DNA of 64,000 nucleotides from Trichosphaerium sp. ATCC 40318 (taxonomy: Eukaryota; Protista; Tubulinea). The stretch is from contig JALMLS010000440.1 of the NCBI GenBank assembly GCA_038496445.1, forward strand, positions 255,197 through 319,196, read 5' to 3'. Of this stretch, positions 44,919 through 57,006 are shown in pieces. The notes below the pieces were generated by a model, which saw nothing but the letters and a program-made list of their open reading frames with translations, was not told the origin of the DNA and did no database searches. The position numbers were made by a program, and so were the translations under genes. The first letter of the stretch is position 1, and each line of letters starts with the position of its first letter.

Positions 44919-46813
44919 TCATATCTCATTATCTTCACTCAGTGGGGGCAAGACGTCTTCGTCTTCAGCATTCATGTCAACAACATTCATGTATTTGCTC
45001 ATGTCTGGTACACCAGTTCTTGCTTCACGTGATGATAGCACATTTCTTCTAGACGACTTTGTTATTGGTATTCCTGTCCTTACTTCAAATGGTCGTAGTG
45101 CATTATTCCAACGCGGCATTTTCTTTGTTCGTGGTATTCCTGTCCTTGTTTCTCCGAATTTTGAGGGTTTGTTTTGGTTGTTAGTTTTTTTATGCTGTCT
45201 TTGTAACTCAGCAGCCTCAGCTAATAAGGCATCTTTGTCCTCGATCAATAGCTCATCATCTTCACTCAGTGGGGGCAAGACGTCTTCATCTTCAACATTC
45301 ATATTATCAACATTCATGTATTTGCTCATGATTACTGCCATTATTTCACTCCTTGTTAGTGGTAAACCAGTAAAATTCTTGACAAACTTTGTGTAGGGAA
45401 TACCAGTCTCGATTTCAAATGCATTCAATCCAGATAACATATCCTCGATGGGGAACTCAGGCTTTGTTTCAGGAACACCACTCTCAAGTTCAGTGTTGTT
45501 CATCAATGTCAAGTTTGGTTCTTTTCTCCTGCTTCTATTTTTCTTTTGAGGTCGAGATTTCTTTTCTGGCATCATACCACGCATACCCTTTGTGTGAAGT
45601 TCGTTGGGTACTTGCCTATCGGTGCAAACCTAAACAGAATAAAGTCAGAAACGAGAACTCAAAACAACTTTGGCATAACAATTCTAAATTTGTATACCTC
45701 ATGCCAAACAGTTATCCTTGGTTTGTTTCCATACTGTATTCTATGATTACCAGGTGGTATGGCTTTATTCGAAGCTTTTTCCGTAGCATAACCACACCAC
45801 AATACAGCGCACATGGGCGGTATGTCAATCCACTCATCATCTTGAGGGTCATGGAGTTGTAAGCCTTTCGTGTTTGACCCTAGGTTTAAAGCAAACAACC
45901 CTGGGTCGTAGTGTGCGATACAATTCATTGGAGGGACTGTGCGCTTCTACAAAAATGAGTAAGATAAAGAGAACGTGGTTTATTGTCATTATTGTAAACA
46001 AAGGTAGACGTACCTCGTTGTTGTAATAGTGAGCGAAATCAAGCATGCCATAGTTTGGTTTTTTTGAGTCGGTTTCGAGCATTGGTAGAGTTACACGCTG
46101 GCTTAACTCCTTTACTGAGCATCCAAATAATGTACTAGATGTTGCTTCCATAATTTGGTGAAGAACATCGTCCATCATTACTGAGAGAGGAGAAAGTGTA
46201 GCTTGTAGTTCCTGAGGGTAAAGAGACTTTTCAATGTAACTGAAAAAAAAAACAAGTCAGTTATTTGTGCGACACAACTGTACTTTTGAACATACCTTCC
46301 AGTAAGAATACGAAAGCTCTCTTTATGTGGAACAGCTAGAACATAGATTTAGTATCTCAAAAAGCCAGTGGATAGAAACAATTGAAAGGAACTTTTTTTG
46401 TGGATATTTTCACGAAAATAAATTTACGGTTCAAAAAATCAGTGAAATGAACGGCCTGTCTTTGGTTTGTGGATACGTACGGTTATATCCCATTACCGTT
46501 GGGTAGTGGTATGTCTCTTTGTATTTTTTATCCTTGGAAAAGAAGCGTTCTGCAGCTTTCATGCTTTCCTTTGCCATTGTATTCATACGCTTGTTTAACT
46601 TAAATACAGCCCATCCACGGCGTTTAAGGATCTTGTGGAGTCTATTTATTTCATTTTGATCCTTTTTTAGGACTTTATCTATTTCAATAGCTGGTTCATT
46701 TGACTACAGGCCATGTTAGTTGTAAAACAACGAATTCAGAGTTTTAACGCTAAACGTAGACGCACCAAACTGCCTCCTTGACCTGAAAATGATGTTGATT
46801 GGCTCGTATTCAT
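44919..46813 (-). CDS. 2OG-Fe(II) dioxygenase (IPNS/DIOX-like) with a repetitive C-terminal extension
   Basis: RRGWAVF N-terminal motif; HxD (IAHYDPGLFAL), GLQL..W, distal His (GNHRI) and Arg (KPRIT); last exon continues into the 221-aa ORF 44919-45584. Confidence 0.85.
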
Positions 46814-47013
46814 GTTATCTAAAACTCAGAATGAAAAAAATAACACTTTAGCTCAGAACAGTATTCACGTAAACGAGCCGGCAACTTTCGCACCAACGCA
46901 CACGCCTTTTTTTTTTATTATACTTCTTAGGAGTGATAGACTTTGTGTTGTGGATGTGGTGTTAAAACAATATCACTAGAAGCATTTACAGAATTTATTC
47001 CACTCTACCATAA

Positions 47014-47225
47014 TAGATATGGCAGAAATACCGTATGTACCGATCTCGGGCTGAAACGAAAAAAACGGTTCATAAACGGTTCAAACGGTGCGCTGCCACA
47101 AAAACCTTAGTGAAAAATTTTAGGTTCACTGAATGAAGAACACAGTCTTGTTCTGCACCGCGGTTCGGACTAAAACCGAAGTCAAATGAAAACGGACCGG
47201 TATTAGACCGGTATTTGCCACTTTA
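47014..47225. mobile_element. Putative hAT-type MITE, 212 bp
   Basis: 8-bp direct repeat TACCATAA at 47006-47013 and 47226-47233; imperfect TIRs tagatatggcagaaataccg / cggtatttgccacttta; internal AAACGG motifs. Confidence 0.7.
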
Positions 47226-47294
47226 TACCATAATGCTCTGTCAACAAGTACGAACTGCAGAATTCAGTGTAAAAATAACTTGTGATTTATTAAA

Positions 47295-48672
47295 TCAAAC
47301 GTCTGATTGATCCCAAAAGGAGTTGGCACACAATGGATCCAAAGTACATTCAAATCTATCATGACAAAATACAGCACATACATTATCGACACAGTTGGAT
47401 GCAAAAATACAATCATTTTCTTGAACAAGACGAAAGCATCTTGCATGACTTTGACAACTTGTTTGAACAGGTATTGTTGGATCTTGACCTCCCACATTGA
47501 TTGACGATAATATTGGTGGGTCACAGAATGCTGCTGTGCCTTGCCTATAAAATGAACATTAAGTATTGTCACTTGACCATTCAAATAGCATTTTACGTAC
47601 ACAGAACTACCTTCATTTGAACGAATTGGAGGATCTTCTCTGGCGTCTGTCACAATTGCTGCTCCGATATTATCAATTTGACCAGGACCAACCATACCTA
47701 CAATGACACTACAAGATACTTCTTCATTTTCATCAAGAGTTGCTGTAAAAGCAAGAACACCTCCAATTGCGATTCTTGACTTTGTGTTTACACACACCAG
47801 TGAGGATGAATCGATAACAGCAATAGATGTATCAAAAGCGAGAGTGGCAATGATATTCTCAGTAGTTGCTGGTAATGAGTTGTAGTTTCGACACGTGACT
47901 TGTATTTCGATTTTGTCACCCACACTCAATTCTTGAAGATCTATTTCACCAATAGATGATATTGTATGCCTAGTTTGGTGTTAGATCGCTCATCATTTCT
48001 CTTGAGTACATACCAACAAGATACAATCGGTTGAGAGCACATGTTTTGTACAACCACATCACTAGCTATTGAACCTTCCAAGGCAAGTTCTACTCTATCT
48101 ACAGATCCAAGGTGGCTTGCTTCATTCCCAAACGGTATACATACATCTAGCGCAGGACCATTTCTGATTGGTATGGTGAGCTGATGCAAAAGAGTAACGA
48201 CATGAGGTGAAAGTGAATCCCAAAACTGGCCTCTCAATCCTAGTCTATTATCGTTTTCAATAATACGAAAGTTGAAGCAGCCTAACCTCTTGTTAATACT
48301 TCATCCAAAGAAAAAATATAATGACAACGTACTAGCTCCATTTTGAAGAAAGTTTATTGGCGTTGGCATTCGAGGATTTAATAAATCAATACCGGAATAG
48401 ACAACTGTACAATTTCCAAGAGCACCAGTATCAGAGCTCAATGATAGCCCACCGAACAACGTTCTACAGCGAACTTGTACTGCCCCTGACATTGTTGCTA
48501 TCAAATCACGCTTTCCTCCAGCAATAGACGCGTCAAAAATGGAAATGATTGTTTTTGGATTGTCAGTGTTAGCGATTGTATCAGAAGCTACATTAAAGGG
48601 ATCTACTTGAAAGGTGTGGATTGCTGTAATTACTGCGAATATGAAAAAACAAAGAGTGACTGTTTGATACAT
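47295..48672 (-). CDS. Secreted variable/constant family, gene C (intact)
   Basis: Four exons splice in frame from signal peptide to ...CANSFWDQSDV*. Confidence 0.8.
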
Positions 48673-49314
48673 CACGTGTGTTTAGTCTATTTTTGGTTTT
48701 GAGGTTTTTTTGGTTCACAGTTTATTTCAAGATACAGCAACATAGATTGGAATGTGTTACACCTACTGTCTTCGGTACTTCCTTGACATAAGAACGCTAA
48801 AACTCGTTCTCTACAACTGTTATAATTCCATAGAAGGGTAAGGGAAAATGTTGTTGAGAACTTCTTCAAGGCAAAGTGATATCCGAAATGTAAACGACCT
48901 TGTAAAGTTATTTTCCTGCTTTCCAGTTGAAAACTAAGAGCAGCAAAGGAACGTAATACGCACCGCTGTAATCTGAGAACTCACAACAGATTGTGAGCAC
49001 CAAACCGCCTTCCCACTTTGCTCATTCCCTTTACACTAACTATACAGATACTTAAAATATGGTTACAGTGATTCCTCGTTTTTCTTCTTACAAACGTTTC
49101 AAACTGCTGTTTTCACCAGTTTAGTATAAGATGGAACGCGAAACAACAAGAAAAGTAGCTACATTCTTCAGTGTTATCAAAATGGAACATGACTTTAGTA
49201 GCTATGTTTCGCAAGTATTTGATAAGGAACTTCCCCAATACCGCGATACAATATCTTGCTTAAATTGTGAACCCAAAAGTAAAAACCAAAAATAGATCAA
49301 AACACACGTGGGTG

Positions 49315-50703
49315 ATGTCTCAAACACTCACTCTATGTTTCTTTGTATTCATTGGTACTGCGATACATGCTTTTCAAATAGATCCTTTTGAAGTACCTTC
49401 TATTGTAACAGCAACTCCTGACGACACTCCAAAAACACTCATTGTATTTTCAAATGCTATTGTTGGAAACGTGCGTATTGTTACAGCGAAGTACAGTGGT
49501 TTCGATCCATTGGGTGAGTTTTCTTGTGGGATTGGATTGAACTCCGGCAACTTTTTTATTGCTAATGGCATTGCGGATAATGGAACTTGTATTCTTAGAT
49601 ATGCTGGTGGCACTCAACCTGAAGATACCCTGACAAATCCAATCAACTTCCTTCAAAACGGCGCTAGTACGTTGTTAACCTAAAAGTGAAGTTTATGCTA
49701 AATCAATGATAGGTTGTTACAACTTTCATATTTCCCTCAATGACGGTATTTTCGAAGCGAGAGCTCATTTTCGAGATTCATTCACAGATGAAATAGTTAC
49801 CCTTTCTGAGCTAGTATCTGTTTTCTTATTTATGCCTCCTGGAGTTGATGTATGTATTCCTTATGGTAATCAAGCTGGTAAACTTGAAGCTGTAGATCTT
49901 GTAGAAGTAGAAATACGTTCTGTTCAATATAGGACAGATGCTGCGTTCAGTTACATATGCTCTCAACCGATTGTATCTTGTTGGTATGTACTGAAAGAGA
50001 AATGATGAGTGATCTAACACCAAACTAGGCATACAATATCATCTATTGGTGAAATAGATCTTCAAGAATTGAGTGTGGGTGACAAAATCGAAATACGAGT
50101 CACGTGTAAAAACTACAACTCATTACCAGCAACAACTGAGAATATCATTGCCACTCTCGCTTTTGATACATCTATTGCTGTCATTGATTCATCTTCGCTT
50201 CATTGTATAAATGTAGCATCATCTATTGCCCGTGATGGTGCTATTGGTTTTACAGCAACTCTTGATGAAAACGAAGAAGTATCTTGTAGTGTCATTGTAG
50301 GTATGGTTGGTCCTGGTCAAATTGATAATATCGGAGCAGCAATTGTGACAGATGCCAGAGAAGATCCTCCAATTCGTTCAAATGAAGGTAGTTCTGTGTA
50401 CGTAAAATGCTATTTGAATGGTCAAGTGACAATACTTAATGTTCATTTTATAGGCAAGGCACAGCAGCATTCTGTGAGCCACCAATATTATCGTCAATCA
50501 ATGTGGGAGGTCAAGATCCAACAATACCTGTTCAAACAAGTTGTCAAAGTCATGCAAGATGCTTTCGTCTTGTTCAAGAAAATGATTGTATTTTTGCATC
50601 AAACTGTGTTGATAATGTATGTGCTGTATTTTGTCATGATAGATTTGAATGTACTTTGGATCCATTGTGTGCCAACTCCTTTTGGGATCAATCAGATATC
50701 TAA
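49315..50703 (+). CDS. Secreted variable/constant family, gene D (intact)
   Basis: Four exons splice in frame from MSQTLTLCFFVFIGTAIHA to ...CANSFWDQSDI*; paralog of A. Confidence 0.8.
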
Positions 50704-52315
50704 TTTAATAAACATTTATTATTACAAAACAATCTACTACTTTTATATTATGTTAATGAAGCCTCTCAACATGTAAGGTGGTTATTTAACACAACTGAAC
50801 AGGTGAACTTTTATTGTTAATGATAGCAACTACTGGTAATGCCCTCATACGAATTAACGGTTTAAAATTATTATTATAAGTTGTATAACAGTGGTTTAGT
50901 ACCTGAAAAATGGCAAGCCGGCCTTATAAAGAAATCTTGTAACCTATCACCCAACACTGAGTCTACTGCTCTCATTGTAATGAAAACAAAATGGATTATA
51001 CAAACTAGTTGAATGATACAGAAAACACGTGTTTCGGTATCTCACAAGTGACGAGGATCAGCAGTGAAAACGACAGTACTCAGCACATTTTAGGTATAGA
51101 GTGAACCACAATTGAATCCGAACAACTTATCCGAAGTCAAATGTGGTAAACAAAAAAAAAACTACAAAGTATTTGCTATGTTGTCGGTTGTTGCTATTTT
51201 TGTAGCTTTGTTTATCGTTTACATATTTTTTATACGTCGTACACGTAAAAGGATAAAAGGTCCTCCGGGTGAGCCTATACTTGGTAACATCAGGGAGTTT
51301 ATAAGACAACCAACCGGTAATATACGCTACCAGCTACTGGAGAAGGTACTAGAAGCGTTAGATGTTGTTTTTGAATGACTTACGACAGTTAGTGGCGTAA
51401 ACAGTATGGAGATGTCTATGAAATCTCCCTACTCGGCAGACAGCTTGTAGTGGTGTCTGACGCAGATGACATACGTTACATACTTAACGATCGACCTGGA
51501 GATTTTATTGCTCCGCCTATGTCTCCAAACGTGCTACGGGTACGTAATATGACTATTTTAGTACTTTACAAGCGTATAAGCTAACCTGTGGGTGCTAGGA
51601 ACTTTCCACTAATGGGATGATGGCGACAGTTACAGGACCTCGTTGGAAGCGTTTAAGAAAAGCCGTTGCGCCATCATTTACAAAGGCAATACTCAGAAAG
51701 AACTTTAAACAGATATTTGACGTGTTTACTGAAATGATGGAAAAATGGCACGTGCTCGCCAAAACTGGAGAAGTTGTGTCTGATTTGTACAATCACACTT
51801 CTCAATCTACTCTTGAAGTTATTTCCAGGACTACCCTCGGTATGCGTCCTTCTTTACTAGGTAAGAAAGATTTCGGAAAATACAGCGGTTGGCAAGCTGA
51901 CATATTGATTAGATGAAAAACAAAACCTCAGGTTCCGTGAAGCCTTGGCTATTCTGTTTTCCACAATATTTAAGAGAGGTAACTCGCCTTGGCCGTACTG
52001 GAAGATTCCATACTGTAAACCCCAAGTACGCATATCAGGTGATCACATTCTGAAGCTAGTGTCACTAACAGACTACAAAAAGAAAGAAGCTTTTTTAGAA
52101 AACGAACTCAAAGAATTTGTAAATCCGTTCATTCAAAACGCTATTGATACCGCAAAAAAGAACGTACTGGAAGGCAAAGAACCATCTAACTTAGTAGAGG
52201 TAAAGCAGTGTTTTCTGTTTATTATTGTACTCCACTAATGACTTAAAAAGGCAATTGTTGATCACTCTGGCTGGACTGACGAAGAACTTTTTTCCAATTT
52301 AATCGGGTTGTATAT

Positions 52316-55300
52316 CTCTATGCGCTGAATAGCTAAAAGAGGATTTCCGATACTCCGAATAGTGTTAAACAACTTTAAACACACTGTAGAAACGCTACCT
52401 GCAAGTACAGCTCATAATGTTGAGAATAAAAAAAACGGTTTGTGGTTCACACGTGTTTCATATTTTACAAGGTCTAAGTGCTTCAAACATGAACTTCTTG
52501 TAGAGCGTAGGGTTTTTATGGCCTCTAAAGTGCAGTTGAACGAAGGTACGGAACCGAAAAACGCTAAATAATGAAAGATGTCTTCAATGGGTTTATACTC
52601 CTTCGGAATAGTACCACACTCATGTTTACGCGTAAAATAAGATACCAATCTACTTTAAGCTTCCCAATTAGCTCGTCTAATGTAAATTGTTGATAGATCC
52701 TAATGAATGGCCTCTCGTTAGCTGGCGTAATCATAGCTGTGCTTGGGATGCTGTATACACAGGTTTACATTCTGTTGGTGATAACGTACATTTTTTGAAG
52801 CTGCAAGTGGATTTACACGTGCTAGGTGTTTCCTACTCTTTCAGTGCTTTTGAGAGATCCAAGCACAGAAAATAAAGAATTATTCATTAAACAGTTTTTG
52901 GCTGATCTCTATGAACGTTTTCCGAAGGAGAAAAAGAAGATTGAAGTGGCATATATCAAACAACGTTCTGGCATATATTCAACACTATTCAATGTCGATG
53001 CTGTTCATGAGTTTGTGCAACAACAATGTCTTGCTTTTCATGCGACCTATGAGTATGATGTACAATGCAACTGTGAAGGTATTGTGCCCATATTTATAGC
53101 TATAACATTGCATAGAATACCAAACAAAACCTGTGTTTGTTTTTGCACCTAGAAGCGTCCAACACAATTTTGAAGAATGGGTAAACAAGAAAATTGGCAG
53201 AGCTTCAAACTGCAAAACATGTCGCTATGGTGGTTCCAAAGAAATCAAGGCATACAATATCTCAACATTACAGTGCTTACACAATTATAGGCTATTACTT
53301 TGCCGTTGTTACTTACAGTACTGCCAAAGAATGATTTCAATGACATTCCAGAGTTGTTTATGCATAACAAACAGTACTAACATAATTGTGGTTTCATTTA
53401 ACTTTACATAGTGAGTGGAAAGCACAGTACATAATTATGTGGCAGCCAAATCCAAAACATTTTACATGTTACGTCAGCACCAACAGCGGTTGGTGGTTTG
53501 TGGATAACATGAAAAACCCAACTATTGGTGTTAAATCAAACCCATGTTTGTTTTTTTTGACAAATTAATAGTTGACAACTGTAGGGACAAATACAAAAGT
53601 GCATGGTGATGGGTGGAGAGTTCAGCGTGTAATATACAAATGTGATAATCCATATAAAGTCACTTTGGATGTCAAACATAGTCACAACATTCACACCACC
53701 AAAAGAAGTACTATTCAAATAGACTTGCTTGATGAGCCCAACAGTTCTGATTCTATGTTTGTACCCACCAACAACAATAGCAATGAGCATGATGAGGCTT
53801 TTTCAGTTGAAAATAAAGAGACGGCTAAAGCTACAATATTTGTTCCTGGTCCAAAACACAAGAGCATTTCTATTGTTGTTGTACTTGGTAGACGAAGGGC
53901 CTTGTGGTTTGAAAAGGCTGTGTGTATTATGACATTTTTCAATAGCTAAGTTGTTCTAGGGCAATAGAAAGTGGATTGTACGGGTGAAGATGACAATTAG
54001 TAACAAAACTTGTGTACACGATATGTGGGAAATAGAAGCAAAAGAAATAACTGGCTTTAAGAGAGCATTTAAAGAATGGAAAGCCCAGCAGGACACTATT
54101 TCTAAAGTACGTGATAAAAAGCTATGTGTAACTACTTACATGAATTGGATTACTGGGCACAACAACGAAACACTTAAACAGCTTAACCAACAGCCACTCA
54201 AGCACATAAATGCCAAAGATATACTTGATATAGAGTCTAGTAATAACGCTGTCTGGGCGCACTCTTATCCTCCTTCCATACGTGATGCAGTAAAACAGTG
54301 GTTACACCCATTATTTCAAATGGTTAAACGGTGTTCAAATCAAGGTGGTAAATGTGGTTTTATTGCTTTAATAGTTTGTAGGTTATAGAACACTTCCAAA
54401 CGATCTTCGAGAACAGTACAATGCACTTAAAAAATACAATCTAATCAAGTATACACACAACATGCAAAACAAAACAGTAGAGTTCTATCCAGGTACATTA
54501 TAAGGTTCTGTCATTTTATATTAAGTAATGAAAGATGTGGTCTCAACTAGCTGGTACAAAAACAAGGTGTTAAAGACAAAAAGGAGGCTTAAAAAGGCTG
54601 AAGAAAATGGCATTACCACATTGGAGTCATTGCAAGCACATATTGATGTGAAGAAGTATGTTGCTTCTTGTAACAAAAAAAAACATCATAAATGGACATG
54701 TGCTGGTTCTTGGAATATGGAAGGCATTGAACATTACTTTGGTGTGTTGTTAACAATGAAGTTGTCTCCACAGTTTACTCTTAGCGATTTTTGGAGTACT
54801 GATACAAAATTTGGGAATATAGGCATGTTTATTTAATGTTGCGTAACAAAGTATTATTAACATACCATTAATAGCTATAAAAACAAGTTGTACAAAAGAG
54901 CAATGGCAAGAACTCACAAAACAAATTGACTACCAGCCTTTAGAGGTCCAACGGTATGTGAAATAATCTATGAGTGCTAAAGGATGTAGCTTACTGAATT
55001 CAACTATTAAAAAAAACTTTAATCCCGGAATATTGTCGTGTTTGGATGAAACTGTACTACCAGAGCAAGTACGATGTTGATTACAATGCATTTTGACTTT
55101 GTGTAGAAATATGGTTCACTTGTTTTTGTTCACGTAAACCAGTTAAAGAGGGCTTTTGGGTTTTTGAATTATGTTTTAAGGTACATGGTGATAACTTTAG
55201 CATATTAATATTAAGATAGAATGGTAAGCACGTTTGGCCCTGGATATTGGAAATGCGATTTGGAGAAAGTACTATTCCACCATCTCACATGGCACATTAT

Positions 55301-57006
55301 ATAGCATCACAAATACTCAAAAAAGACAACACAAAGCGTATAACTATAGCAACTGACTCGTACTACACTACACCAATCATTTCTAAGCTTTTAGATGATG
55401 ACAGATTTAAGTTTGTTGGCTTGATGAGTTCCAAAAAAGCACCAAATATGATAAACCATTTGCGACAAGTAAGTAACCATTTGGCGAAATTCCTTAAGCT
55501 TGTTAGATGCTTCCCAACAACGGTGTGGGAGCCCATTGTTGGGTTTATGATGCTGACACTATAAACAATGGTTCTGTTGTTTGTGCTGGTATGTTCAAAG
55601 ACATAAAAGCACATGTTGCGTACATATCAAACATTGGCAATCCAACTGTTTTTGTATCAAGCAAAAAACCAACCAAATCAGATAAAAAAGCTGTAAACAA
55701 GCCAGAACCAGTACACGCATATTCAGAACTGAAGAACTGCTGTGATATTTTCAACAGATTGTCTGTAATACTTTGTTTTATGCCATTGACTGTTTTTAGT
55801 GTGCTTAAGTACAAACGTATCCATTCCACAAAACACACACGTTGGACCACAGCTTTATTGGCAGCATACTTGTACATAGTTATTGTATGGCTACACTAAT
55901 GAGTTTAGTGATTTGTTTCTTGCTTCATCTTTTTGCTGGTATTCAATGCTGAATCCTACTTCAATAAGTTATCCCATGTACATGAACCAAGTTGCAGATC
56001 TGTTGTTGAAACTCACTTCCAAAAGACCTTACACTATACGCCAGCGAAAGCCATCATGCTCACAGTGTAGGTATGCATTTTAAACAACACATAAGCCTAT
56101 TGTTTTATCTAATTCTCTTTAAGAGAGTGGCATAAAAAACTATCAATTGATGCACACAAGCAAAGAAAGCCATCAAGGTCATCAAAACGATTAAGATGTA
56201 CAACCACAACTGTACAAGAACCACCAACCAAGCGACAGTGTGTGAAACATGCTTTATTACACCCTACACACCAGCCAATTAAGATGAAAACCAAATCAAA
56301 CAAACGAAGTCATGAACTTTTGTCGCTTTCACAATCAGATTACCATCAGCATTTACGCCAGCTAAAGTATTCAAATTGTTCTAGAAGAGCTTGCAAAAAT
56401 AGGAATAGGACACTGTAATATTCCTTCTCGTATGTATCTAACAACTGTAGGTTTTGCAGTGGATGCCCTATGTATCGGCAATGGGTTACAATTGATGGAA
56501 AAACAAAGCTTGTTACCATTCCACAGTTTTATTGTACAAAATGCTTTTACAAGTGCCACTAGATTGTATACATTGGTATAGATAATATCCCATACTAAAC
56601 ACTTGTATTTGGGGCTTCTGTAGTATAGGAGAAGCATTTTGTGTAACTGAGGAAGGCGGGTTACACCTAACTATTTGTTTTAGGTAGAATGCTGTTGTAT
56701 TTAACTTCTCTACTTGTTTTGTGAGCTGTACTGAGGTGTTGTCTAAATGTGTTATGTACTTTCATGGTTTGTATCAACGGTAAAATAGCCTATGTGTGAT
56801 TTGAGGTAACATTTGGCGAGATAACACAGCTTTTTGCTTTTTTTGCAAATGTAAAAAAAGGCTAACATCCATGCGCATTTGGATGCATATTTTTTGCATT
56901 TTCAGCACCGCCAAAAACAGCACGGCAGCACTATAAAAGAACAGCGGAGTTGTTTCCGAACGGTTTTACTTCATTTCAGTGAGCTGGGCTTATTCAGCGC
57001 ATAGAG
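52316..57006 (+). mobile_element. piggyBac-superfamily DNA transposon, 4,691 bp, perfect 16-bp TIRs, ATAT TSD
   Basis: TIR CTCTATGCGCTGAATA at 52316-52331 and its reverse complement at 56991-57006; ATAT at 52312-52315 and 57007-57010; removing the element restores ttg tat att gct (LYIA). Confidence 0.95.
52518..56562 (+). CDS. Intron-rich transposon ORF: USP-like cysteine protease, possible chromodomain, piggyBac DDD transposase, Cys-rich C-terminus
   Basis: EHYFGVLLTM..P...DFWS....GN; SCLDETV; RKPVKEGFWVFELC; IATDSYYT; KPEPVHAYSELKNCCDIFN; RW; terminal CSRRAC...FCSGC...YCTKCFYKCH*. First exon uncertain; 1-nt frameshift near 55131. Confidence 0.8.

Noticed and set aside
40563-50776. Long hydrophobic ORF tails (e.g. 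FKKMIVFLHPTVLIMYVLYFVMID) as transmembrane anchors of the paralog family
   Set aside because: They come from reading through intron 3 in the wrong frame; the spliced frame is the Cys-rich CQSHARC..CVDNVC one
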